Source: a virus. Taken from it: a stretch of 64,000 nt of DNA. Each line of letters starts with the position of its first letter. The stretch's first letter is position 1. The notes beneath the pieces are model-generated. The model saw only the letters and a program-made list of their open reading frames with translations, was not told the origin of the DNA and searched no databases. The stretch lies in IMG/VR virus record IMGVR_UViG_3300025401_000022, positions 1 to 64,000 of that record, one strand, 5' to 3'. The position numbers were made by a program, and so were the translations under genes. Below are positions 46,855 through 55,724 of the stretch, piece by piece.

Positions 46855-47148
46855 ATGACAACTCAAAACTATTTAGTAGTAGAAAACAATGTAGTCACAA
46901 ACATTGTTGTATGGGATGGTAATACACAAGATTGGACACCTCCAGCAGATGCGACAATGCTAATTCAAGACACAACCCCAACAATGGTTTGGAAATTATC
47001 TGCTGACAAATCTACTTTTGTTTTAACAGAACAAATAGGTGCTGGTGCTATTGGATTTACTTGGAATGGTAGTGTATTAACAACTAATGAGCCACAACCA
47101 GCACCTCCAAAAGACCAACCAATAGCTAGTGGAACTACAACTGCATAA
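46855..47148 (+). CDS. Fibre accessory protein
   Basis: VV.NIVVW, IG..W.G motif; follows the Gly-rich protein. Confidence 0.55.
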   Translation: MTTQNYLVVENNVVTNIVVWDGNTQDWTPPADATMLIQDTTPTMVWKLSADKSTFVLTEQIGAGAIGFTWNGSVLTTNEPQPAPPKDQPIASGTTTA

Positions 47149-47429
47149 TGGTTACTCATATAGGAACTGCCCATAGCTTTACTTATGATGGGGCACAATT
47201 AAATATTTACCATGCAAATAAAGGCGAAGGCTTGCCAAAGCATGAACATATTTATAGTCATGCAACTATGTGCAATAGCGGTTCTTGTTTAGTAAGCCTT
47301 GAAGGTCGTAGCTACACAATCAATAAAAATAGCCAACCTTTAAATCTTCCTGCTGGTGAATGGCACGAAATTGAAGCATTAGAAGATGATACAGTATTTG
47401 TAAATGTATTTGCAGAAGGAAAGTATTAG
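47148..47429 (+). CDS. Cupin-domain protein
   Basis: LPKHEH.YSH, PAGEWHEIEALED. Confidence 0.75.
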   Translation: MVTHIGTAHSFTYDGAQLNIYHANKGEGLPKHEHIYSHATMCNSGSCLVSLEGRSYTINKNSQPLNLPAGEWHEIEALEDDTVFVNVFAEGKY

Positions 47430-47432
47430 GTC

Positions 47433-47666
47433 ATGGATCTCCAAACACTAATTAACACCGTATTGCCACTAATTTGTGTGGCAATTGGATGGTTCTGCAA
47501 AGAACTTTGGAATGCAGTTCAGGAGCTTAAAGATGACGTCTCCAATTTGCGCAATCACCTTTCGGATAACTATGTTCGCAAAGATGATTTTGCAAGTCGC
47601 TGGGATGAAGTTTTAAAAGCGGTTCATCGTATTGAAGACAAGCTAGACATTCTTCGTGATAAATAA
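47433..47666 (+). CDS. N-terminal TM plus coiled-coil protein (holin-like)
   Basis: TM segment then YVRKDDF...RIEDKLD. Confidence 0.55.
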   Translation: MDLQTLINTVLPLICVAIGWFCKELWNAVQELKDDVSNLRNHLSDNYVRKDDFASRWDEVLKAVHRIEDKLDILRDK

Positions 47667-47890
47667 TGAACGATATTCTAAAACAGCTGTTGACCGGTAA
47701 AGATAACACAACCTATGATATTGGCCGAGTTACTTGGCTTATTAGTTTAACAGCCGTTATTGGATTGGCTTTTTACGAGGTGATGCACAACACCGTTAGT
47801 ATTCGTGAACTTGCCGAATCCCTTGGAATTGTCTCAGCTGCAGGTGGTGCCAGTGTGGCAATGAAGTCCAAAACAGAACCCGATCAATAA
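47666..47890 (+). CDS. Putative holin
   Basis: Two TM segments; similar to 12257..12499. Confidence 0.55.
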   Translation: MNDILKQLLTGKDNTTYDIGRVTWLISLTAVIGLAFYEVMHNTVSIRELAESLGIVSAAGGASVAMKSKTEPDQ

Positions 47891-48300
47891 TGTTTCCATT
47901 ACCTATATTTACTTATGTCAAAATTGGATTATTTGCTACACTTTTATTTTTGGCTGGCTATACTGGCTTTAGCTTGGAAGCTGCGCGATTCGATCGCTAC
48001 AAGGCGAGCCAACAAGCCCTCACCCAAACGCTCCAGGAAGAACACCAAGCCGCCGCAGACCAAATAAGGAAAGATAAAGATGCTCAAATTGCTACCATCA
48101 ATAACAGCCTCGCTGATGCTCTTGTGCAGCTGCGCAGCCGTCCCAGTCGCGCCCAAGACGCCGCAAATGGACAAGGTGGAACTGGGCTGTCCCTTTCTGC
48201 CGAGGATGCAACTTTTCTTGAGCGGGACGCTGCCAGAGCCGACGTGCTCCGAAGCGCCCTCTCAGCCTGCTACGCCCAATACGACTCACTAAGTAAATAA
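47890..48300 (+). CDS. Rz-like spanin
   Basis: Homologue of 12480..12887. Confidence 0.6.
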   Translation: MFPLPIFTYVKIGLFATLLFLAGYTGFSLEAARFDRYKASQQALTQTLQEEHQAAADQIRKDKDAQIATINNSLADALVQLRSRPSRAQDAANGQGGTGLSLSAEDATFLERDAARADVLRSALSACYAQYDSLSK

Positions 48301-48310
48301 CCCCCAATTT

Positions 48311-48320
48311 GCGTATTAGT
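48311..48320 (+). promoter_or_regulatory. GCGTATTAGT motif
   Basis: Upstream of the lysozyme gene. Confidence 0.7.
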
Positions 48321-48348
48321 GTAAACTGACGCAAAGTAAGGAGCAAAA

Positions 48349-48870
48349 ATGAATAAGAAGCTATTTTTGGTAGTATGGTTGTTCACGTTGGTTTGGGTAG
48401 TTCAAAACCTACAGATAACTAAAACAATAGAACGAGACATTGTGGCAATTACAGAATCAACATTCCAGTTTATTACCAACTTTGAGGGTAAACGCAATAA
48501 AGCGTACCGTGACTCCAAGGGCTTATGGACTATTGGCGTTGGTCACCTCATAAAAGCCGATGAAGAGTTCCTAAAGACCATTACCCTGACAGACTACGAC
48601 GTACAAGAGCTATTTAAACGCGATTTAAAGTGGTGTGAAGAGGCTGTAGACGAGTCGGTAAGGGTACCCCTTAACCAGAACCAATACGACGCCCTGTACA
48701 GCCTGTGCTTTAATATTGGCGAGACTAACTTTAAAAAATCCGAAGTAGTCCAGCATATTAACAAAAATGACTTAAATGGTGCGGCAAATGCCTTTTTAAA
48801 CTGGGCAAACCCACCAGTATTAAAAACCCGTAGGAAAAAGGAACGGGAGTTGTTTTTAAGGGCGATTTAG
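48349..48870 (+). CDS. GH24 lysozyme endolysin with hydrophobic N-terminus
   Basis: FEG....AY.DS.G.WTIG.GH; NQ.DAL.SL.FN.G; RR..E..LF. Confidence 0.9.
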   Translation: MNKKLFLVVWLFTLVWVVQNLQITKTIERDIVAITESTFQFITNFEGKRNKAYRDSKGLWTIGVGHLIKADEEFLKTITLTDYDVQELFKRDLKWCEEAVDESVRVPLNQNQYDALYSLCFNIGETNFKKSEVVQHINKNDLNGAANAFLNWANPPVLKTRRKKERELFLRAI

Positions 48871-48889
48871 CCCTTTTTAGCGTATTAGT
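48860..48889 (+). promoter_or_regulatory. GGGCG-N15-GCGTATTAGT element overlapping a hairpin/T-run
   Basis: AAGGGC-GATTTA-GCCCTT-TTT. Confidence 0.75.
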
Positions 48890-48936
48890 AGATATAAGGG
48901 CTGATCACCCGTTTAACCAATAACCTCGAGGAAACC

Positions 48937-49734
48937 ATGGACGATTTCAAAAAACTACCTAAGATGCAGCACTTCAAAGAAGGCGGCTCTGTACAACGCG
49001 AAGTAAAGAACTTCACTAAACGTGACCGTAAGTCCGTGGAAATGGCTGACACAGCCCAAGATAAAAAGATTGTTAAAAAAGCTATTGGTATGCACGATAG
49101 CCAACAGCACGAAGAAAAGACCGACTTGTCTGGCCTCAAAAAAGGTGGCCGCGCTAAAAAAGAAGCTGGTTCAGTTCGTAAGTATAAAACTGGTGGTAGC
49201 GTAACCAATGTATACGAAGCCAAAAAATCATCTGGTGACATTGACAATATCAAAAAAGTAAAAGACATCAAGCCAGCTAAAGCAGCTGCCCCATCTAAAG
49301 CAGCCACAAAGCCAAACTTCAAAGGCTCTGACGTAGCTAAAACAAACAAGCTCCCAGCTGGTGACAAAGACTCAATTAAAAAAGTACCTCCAACTGGCGA
49401 CAAAAAAGCCGCTGCTAAATCTGGCGCTAAAGGTGGCCCTAATAAATACAAGACTGGTGGCGGCGTTAAGAAAATGGCTGTTGGTGGTCCAGCACTACAA
49501 GACCTTATGCAAGCCAAAGAACTTGTGCGTTTAAGAAATGCCCGTAAATATTTAAGCCCAGACCAACAAGGTCAATTTGCTGCCGGTGAAATGCAACAAA
49601 CCCCCGCAATGACTGGCTTAGGTCAACAAGCTCCAGCACCAGCTCCAATGCCTCCTGTGCAAGCTCCGGGCGGTACAAGCCCAGCGGGAGCCATTCCAGC
49701 ACAAAAGCGCGGTGGTAAAGCAGGTAAGTGCTAA
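48937..49734 (+). CDS. Lys-rich putative internal virion protein with repeated xxxGG motifs
   Basis: FKEGG, LKKGG, YKTGG (x2), MAVGG, QKRGG. Confidence 0.65.
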   Translation: MDDFKKLPKMQHFKEGGSVQREVKNFTKRDRKSVEMADTAQDKKIVKKAIGMHDSQQHEEKTDLSGLKKGGRAKKEAGSVRKYKTGGSVTNVYEAKKSSGDIDNIKKVKDIKPAKAAAPSKAATKPNFKGSDVAKTNKLPAGDKDSIKKVPPTGDKKAAAKSGAKGGPNKYKTGGGVKKMAVGGPALQDLMQAKELVRLRNARKYLSPDQQGQFAAGEMQQTPAMTGLGQQAPAPAPMPPVQAPGGTSPAGAIPAQKRGGKAGKC

Positions 49735-49735
49735 T

Positions 49736-49903
49736 ATGCCGTACAAATCTGAAAACCAGCGAGCCGCAATGTACGCTGCAGCTGCTGGCAAATCAACCCT
49801 TGGTATCCCTAAAAAGGTTGCCAAGGAGTTTATCAAAGCTGGTCCAGCTTCAAACAAACTACCAAACAAAGTAACTAAGCGAGCCGCTGGCCGCGGAAGG
49901 TAA
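49736..49903 (+). CDS. Small basic protein (MPYKSE.Q...)
   Basis: GIP.KVAKEF motif; fills the gap between genes. Confidence 0.55.
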   Translation: MPYKSENQRAAMYAAAAGKSTLGIPKKVAKEFIKAGPASNKLPNKVTKRAAGRGR

Positions 49904-49904
49904 C

Positions 49905-50975
49905 ATGGCTTATAGCAACACCACTGGCCAGACAACAATCAATGTCGACCAGTTAATCTCCTACGCGTTCCGTGATGCAGGTAAAACTGCAGAAGAAATT
50001 ACGCCTGAGTACATTCAAGCAGGTAAACAGGCTTTATTTTACAATTTACAAAACCTGTCTAACCTTGGTGTTAATCTTTGGCTTTTGGAAAACCAACTGT
50101 ATGGCGCTCTTACACAGCAACAACAGCTAGTACTCCCAAAGACTACTATTGACGTTCGTGAGGCTAACTGGGTTTATATCCAGAACATCCAAGCCTCTTC
50201 ATACCTCCCAATTGCTAATCCAACATCTCCAGCTGCGTTTGATTTAAGCCCAACGCTATCCACAGTGGCGGATACCACTGGATACGCAAACTACTTTGGT
50301 TCTACCTACCAGCAGTCACAGAGCGTATATTACGTTGGTTGGAATGCTTACGCACCAAACACAACACAGACCTATAACCTAGCGTTTGAGTACAGTGATG
50401 ACGGCATAAACTGGTTCTTAAAAGAACAGTTCCCAGCCATCACAATGAGTGACTACCAGTGGCAGTACTATAATATCTCCACCACTGAACCACATCTCTA
50501 CTGGCGCTTGCGTGAGACTGTAGCATCACACTATTCTGTTCGCCAGATTGTGTTCTCTACCAGTCAGCAAGTTATTCCTTTAGCTCGCTTAAACCGCGAC
50601 GATTACTGGAATCTCCCAAACAAACAATTCCCATCTGTTCGCTCTTTGCAATATTGGTACGATCGTACAATTGAACCATCAATGTACCTCTGGCCAGTGC
50701 CAAATAACCCCTATCAAATGTTCCAATTAGTTGTTGAAAAGCAAATGGAAGATGTGGGCTCTTTGACAAATCAAATTTATGTACCAGATCGTTGGATTAC
50801 TTCAGTACAAGCTAGTTTGTCTCACAAGTTGGCGCTACAACTTCCGGGTGTTGAGTTGACTCGCATTCAGTATCTTGAAGCTCAAGCGGACAAATTGTTC
50901 ATGCAAGCCTCTAACGAAGAGCGCGACAAGTCACCAATCTATTTTCAACCTAATATAAGCTACTACACAAGATGA
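49905..50975 (+). CDS. Head-tail adaptor / neck protein
   Basis: LI..AF..AG, N.G.NLW, RLNRDDY.NLPNK, LWPVP, A..EERD. Confidence 0.65.
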   Translation: MAYSNTTGQTTINVDQLISYAFRDAGKTAEEITPEYIQAGKQALFYNLQNLSNLGVNLWLLENQLYGALTQQQQLVLPKTTIDVREANWVYIQNIQASSYLPIANPTSPAAFDLSPTLSTVADTTGYANYFGSTYQQSQSVYYVGWNAYAPNTTQTYNLAFEYSDDGINWFLKEQFPAITMSDYQWQYYNISTTEPHLYWRLRETVASHYSVRQIVFSTSQQVIPLARLNRDDYWNLPNKQFPSVRSLQYWYDRTIEPSMYLWPVPNNPYQMFQLVVEKQMEDVGSLTNQIYVPDRWITSVQASLSHKLALQLPGVELTRIQYLEAQADKLFMQASNEERDKSPIYFQPNISYYTR

Positions 50976-51586
50976 GCGTTATAATGACCTACGACTCGCT
51001 GGTGTTAAACATCCAGCAATATATGGAGCGGAATGATGCTGACTTTGTGGCGCAGATTCCTAATCTAATAGCATTAGCTGAATCGTCTATTGCAGCTGAG
51101 CTTAAAACTTTTTTACAACTTATTGTTGTGGAAACTAATCTTACCTCTAACGTGGCAGTTTTAAACAAACCATCGCGTTGGCGTAAAACTGTATCCATGA
51201 AAATTAATGGTCAACCTGTCTTGTTACGTAGTCAGGATTATATCGCTCAGTATCAATCTGAGTCATCTACAAGCCAGCCGTTGTACTACGCAGATTATGA
51301 CTATAACAACTGGAACTTTGCGCCGGTTCCGGATAAGAGCTATCCAGTAGAAATTATCTACTACGCTGAAATACAACCACTAGACGCGTCTAACCAACAA
51401 AACTTGTGGACATCTATTGCACCACAAGCAATGCTTTATGGCGCGCTGTTGCAAGCTCAAGGGTATTTAAAAGCACTAGACAAATTACCTGTCTGGAAAC
51501 AATACTACACAGACGCAATTGCTGCATTGAAAAAAGAAGACAATTCACGTCGTGTGGATCGCAATACATCGGTTCAGGAACCATAA
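50972..51586 (+). CDS. Neck/tail tubular protein
   Basis: Y..L...I..Y.ER, IALAE, AP.PD..Y..E..YY, LYG.L..A. Confidence 0.6.
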   Translation: MSVIMTYDSLVLNIQQYMERNDADFVAQIPNLIALAESSIAAELKTFLQLIVVETNLTSNVAVLNKPSRWRKTVSMKINGQPVLLRSQDYIAQYQSESSTSQPLYYADYDYNNWNFAPVPDKSYPVEIIYYAEIQPLDASNQQNLWTSIAPQAMLYGALLQAQGYLKALDKLPVWKQYYTDAIAALKKEDNSRRVDRNTSVQEP

Positions 51587-51589
51587 TAA

Positions 51590-52858
51590 ATGACTACTCC
51601 AGTTTATACCTCACCCTTTACAGGCACCGTTGTAACTCCAACGGATGTATCTTACTATGCGCTGGCTTTTAATTCAAATACACAGCTTTCTTGGCCCAGT
51701 ACAGTCAATGGTAGCGAAATACCCGCAGCTCGCATCATTGATTGCACTCCTAGCACTGGTGGCTTATCTATTGCTCTTCCTGAAGGTGATCAAGGAACGG
51801 TAGGCGCCGACATTCTGTTTCGTAACCTAGGATCTAGCACCTTTACAGTAACAGATTTTCTCGGTGGTAATTCAGTAACTGTCCCCGCTGGTGTGTCTAA
51901 GTATTTTTACCTCGCCGATAATACTACTGTTGCAGGTACTTGGCACAATGTGACCTTTGGAACTGGCACATCTTCTGCAGATGCAGCCTCCTTGGCTGGA
52001 AATGGTCTAACAACAGTAAATGGTCAACTAGCCACAACACAAAACATTCTTGATGTTTCAGTTGCACCGACATTAACAGACGCCAGTCGTGCAGCAACAT
52101 ACAACTGGACAGCTGGTGTTGGCACAATTAATTTGCCAAGCGTATCCACTCTGTCCCGCGGTTGGTTTATTGCATTTAGAAATAGCGGATCCGGAGCACT
52201 AACATTTGCACCTAGTTCTACCCAGCTAATTAATGGTAAAACTACCATTGTTACAAATCCTGGTGATTCTGGTTATATTTTTTACGATTACAGTTCTGGT
52301 GGATTTATTACCGTTGGTTGGGTAACACCAAACAATGTGGTGTTTACCTCTGCAACTTATGACGTTGATGCAGTTGTTGGTAATACACTTAACTTAGTTT
52401 CCAACGCACCAATTATTCAAACTTATATAGCTCAGTCTGGAACCCGCACACAGAATTTAGCTGTGACATTCCCAGCGATTACCCAACTATATATTTTGGT
52501 TAATAACACTAACCAATCTGGTTATGCAGTTACCTTCCAAAACCAAGGTAGTAGCCAAGCTCCTTTAGCTTTGACAACAGGTAATACTTATACCATATTG
52601 AGCGACGGCGAGTTTTTATACATCCTAAATTCTTCTTCCTCAAGCTCATTTAAAGCTATTAACGGAATCGCTGGCGCACCATCATACTCGTTCCTTAACG
52701 ACAATGCCACTGGTATGTACTTACAGGGAACAAGCATTTTAGGACTGGCAGCAAACGGTACTGAGATTATTGACATCAACGCAACAAACTTGTCTGCCCC
52801 AGTAGTAACAGTAAATGGAAGGCTATACGCAACAACATTTAGTGGCGGAACATTCTAA
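51590..52858 (+). CDS. Tail protein
   Basis: Beta-rich; AP.YSF..D..TG.Y fibre motif. Confidence 0.55.
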   Translation: MTTPVYTSPFTGTVVTPTDVSYYALAFNSNTQLSWPSTVNGSEIPAARIIDCTPSTGGLSIALPEGDQGTVGADILFRNLGSSTFTVTDFLGGNSVTVPAGVSKYFYLADNTTVAGTWHNVTFGTGTSSADAASLAGNGLTTVNGQLATTQNILDVSVAPTLTDASRAATYNWTAGVGTINLPSVSTLSRGWFIAFRNSGSGALTFAPSSTQLINGKTTIVTNPGDSGYIFYDYSSGGFITVGWVTPNNVVFTSATYDVDAVVGNTLNLVSNAPIIQTYIAQSGTRTQNLAVTFPAITQLYILVNNTNQSGYAVTFQNQGSSQAPLALTTGNTYTILSDGEFLYILNSSSSSSFKAINGIAGAPSYSFLNDNATGMYLQGTSILGLAANGTEIIDINATNLSAPVVTVNGRLYATTFSGGTF

Positions 52859-55018
52859 ATGGCGGCTGATAACCAGCAACAAGATACCTCGCAATACACA
52901 TCAATCTACAGCCTAGCAATTCCGGCTGGGATTAAGCGCGACGGTACCCAATTCCAAAACGATCAATACACCGATGGTGTATGGTGCCGTTTCCAACGTG
53001 GCGACCCTAAGAAAATGGGTGGCTATCGTACACTATTTACCAGCAACGTTGGTATCTATCGCGGCTTGGTATCTCAGCCATACAACGGTGTAAACTATAT
53101 TTTTGCTGGCACTTATCAAGAGCTAGATGTATTTACATGCGGTATTAACTACGGCACTGGTGCGGGGCCATTTACAGCAAACATTTTGCCGGGTACTGTA
53201 CCGTTTACACTTGTTTCTCACACTACAAACACCTTTGTGATTGCTGGTGATGTAAGATCTAGTTTCCCCTCTGGAACAACAGTTATTTTTAACCAAACAA
53301 CTCCAGTAAATTACACTACCACCGGTACTCCAACTTATACATCACCAAATACCACAATAACGGTTACTACAACAATAACTGGCAGCCCAACAACTGTTTG
53401 GTTGAACAACACATCGACTTTTACTGAAGATCCTCAAAATGGTCCATATCGTATTACATGGCAGTTTGACGCTCAGTTTAGCCCACAAGGTGGCAACCTA
53501 GCGCTATTTGCTCATCCGGGCTACAACTTAAACGACATTGATAATGGAGTGCCATCTCAAGTTTTAGTTGGAAACGTTGCACCAACAACCGGAAACACTT
53601 GGACCTTTACTGGCCTGTCTGATAGCGCCGGTGCTAATCCAACATACCAACCAATCAGTGTTGATGGTGGTGTTTGTGTGCTATATCCATTTATTTTTGT
53701 GTATGGCTCACATGGTTATATTGCTAATAATAACGTTAGTAGTACATATCTACAACAGAACTTTTATGATTGGAATGGCCCATTAGCCAACCAAACTAAC
53801 GTATCATCTTCTAAGATTGTTAAGGGCATGCCAATGCGCGGCGGTACCAATTCGCCAGCGGGTTTATTCTGGGCAACTGATAGTTTAATTCGTGTTTCAT
53901 TTAACTCTTCGGCTTCTAGCACCGCAACTACTAGCCAATTTTGGAACTACGACATTGTTTCCAGCCAAATCTCAATCATGTCTTCCAATGCTATTGTGGA
54001 GATGGATGGCGTTTACTGGTGGATGGGTGTTGATCGCTTTTATGCCTATAATGGTAGCGTACAAGTGGTGCCTAATGATAAGAACGTAAACTGGCTTTTT
54101 GACAACATCAATTACACACAACGTCAAAAAGTGTGGGCAACTAAAGTACCACGCTACAATGAGATTTGGTTTTTTTATCCTAGGGGCACGGCTACAGAAT
54201 GTACCGATGCTATTATTTATAATACCAAAGATAAGTTATGGTATGACGCTGGTTCAGCTGTTGGTGCGCAACGCTCTTGTGGTTATACTACAGAGATTTT
54301 CCCAACACCTATTTGGGCTGATTGGAACTACACCCCGTCATTTAGCCAGCCGTATACTGTCATAACGCACCCAGCTAGTTTGCCTGCACCAACAACAGAT
54401 CAAATGTATTTATCTGGCGATGTTACTTCGGTATTTAGTCCTGGTACTATTATTACTTTTGATAAGACAGCAGATTACAATTCCACGTACCAAGTAAGCT
54501 CTTCAGTATATACCATCAATGGTACTATTGGTGCGCCGGGGGTTACCTTGGTAACGTTTACCGAACAGTCTCCAATTACTGTGGCGCCCGGCACTTTGGT
54601 ATACCAGCAGATTGGTGGTTTTACTATTTGGCAACATGAGTACGGCCAAAATGCTGTAGGGTTAAATGGTGAGACTGCGGTGTATTCTAGTATTACTACC
54701 AGCGACATTGGTTGGCTAACCGGTAACCCAAGTCAAGATGGTTTGGTGGGGGTAAACCGCCGTATGCACTTGCGCCGTGTTGAGCCAAACTTCTTACAGA
54801 CTGGCACTATGTCTATGACTATTTTAGGTCGTAAATTTGCGTCCAGCCCAATGGAAGAAGACTCTGGACCATACTACTTCACTCAAGATACTGGCAAGAT
54901 TGACCTTCGTGTCGAGCACCGCTTAATCCGTTTGAAGTTTGAATCCAATGAGATTAACGGCAATTATGAGATGGGTCGTAATCTGATTACCTGCGAATTT
55001 GGTGACGAGCGTCCATGA
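52859..55018 (+). CDS. Tail nozzle / gp10-like stabilization protein
   Basis: GI.RDGT, W.RF..G.P.KMGG, WMG...FY.YNG, NEIW.FYP. Confidence 0.65.
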   Translation: MAADNQQQDTSQYTSIYSLAIPAGIKRDGTQFQNDQYTDGVWCRFQRGDPKKMGGYRTLFTSNVGIYRGLVSQPYNGVNYIFAGTYQELDVFTCGINYGTGAGPFTANILPGTVPFTLVSHTTNTFVIAGDVRSSFPSGTTVIFNQTTPVNYTTTGTPTYTSPNTTITVTTTITGSPTTVWLNNTSTFTEDPQNGPYRITWQFDAQFSPQGGNLALFAHPGYNLNDIDNGVPSQVLVGNVAPTTGNTWTFTGLSDSAGANPTYQPISVDGGVCVLYPFIFVYGSHGYIANNNVSSTYLQQNFYDWNGPLANQTNVSSSKIVKGMPMRGGTNSPAGLFWATDSLIRVSFNSSASSTATTSQFWNYDIVSSQISIMSSNAIVEMDGVYWWMGVDRFYAYNGSVQVVPNDKNVNWLFDNINYTQRQKVWATKVPRYNEIWFFYPRGTATECTDAIIYNTKDKLWYDAGSAVGAQRSCGYTTEIFPTPIWADWNYTPSFSQPYTVITHPASLPAPTTDQMYLSGDVTSVFSPGTIITFDKTADYNSTYQVSSSVYTINGTIGAPGVTLVTFTEQSPITVAPGTLVYQQIGGFTIWQHEYGQNAVGLNGETAVYSSITTSDIGWLTGNPSQDGLVGVNRRMHLRRVEPNFLQTGTMSMTILGRKFASSPMEEDSGPYYFTQDTGKIDLRVEHRLIRLKFESNEINGNYEMGRNLITCEFGDERP

Positions 55019-55284
55019 CGATTTATGTCAATAAAAACAACCAGCAGTTCTTCCCCTTTGTGCCAGAAATGTCGAGCTGGGAAGACTGGAACGGTAATTT
55101 TATTATTTACTATGGCCAGCTTAATATACCATACAATCCCGAAGAAAATTGGAAAGACACGGCCAGCGTAATTGCCAGTACGTTTACGTTTTCCGCGTTT
55201 CCAGTTCCGACCCCGGATGACTTTGAAAACTGGCAAGATTGGGCTAAAGAAGTCACGCTAATAATCAACGGTAAGAGCCACTAA
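55015..55284 (+). CDS. Trp-rich small virion protein
   Basis: W.DW...W...A...P.P..F..WQDWA. Confidence 0.55.
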   Translation: MTIYVNKNNQQFFPFVPEMSSWEDWNGNFIIYYGQLNIPYNPEENWKDTASVIASTFTFSAFPVPTPDDFENWQDWAKEVTLIINGKSH

Positions 55285-55287
55285 TAG

Positions 55288-55317
55288 GGGCGCAAAGCCC
55301 CAAAAACGCGTATTAGT
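55288..55317 (+). promoter_or_regulatory. GGGCG-N15-GCGTATTAGT promoter-like element
   Basis: Includes the hairpin GGGGC-GCAAA-GCCCC. Confidence 0.75.
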
Positions 55318-55343
55318 GTATATAGGAACATCTCGGATATAAA

Positions 55344-55724
55344 ATGACACCATCACAGATTATCGCAGCGGATCACAAACGCTTTGGCCATAGCCAAGCG
55401 GATACTGCTCGTTTGATGGAAACCATGCAAGCCATGATTAAAAAAGATGTAGGCCATTTAGTGCAGCATGGAGATTCACTTTTGTTTTTAGCAAACCTTG
55501 GCAATAAATCAGCCGAGATTAGCTTTTTTACTACAGATACCCCACAAAAAATTAAATCTGCTATGGTGTATTTTATTAAGCAAGTAAAACATGCTGGGTT
55601 TAATAAAGTATACGGCCAAGATGGCGGCCCGATATTAAATAAAACTTTACCTCTATTGCAAAAATTAGGGCTTAATATAGAAAAGTCTGACAAACCAACT
55701 TATTACTGGATGGCAGATTTATGA
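55344..55724 (+). CDS. Hypothetical protein (positional equivalent of 6291..6698)
   Basis: 126 aa immediately before the first ejection gene. Confidence 0.55.
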   Translation: MTPSQIIAADHKRFGHSQADTARLMETMQAMIKKDVGHLVQHGDSLLFLANLGNKSAEISFFTTDTPQKIKSAMVYFIKQVKHAGFNKVYGQDGGPILNKTLPLLQKLGLNIEKSDKPTYYWMADL

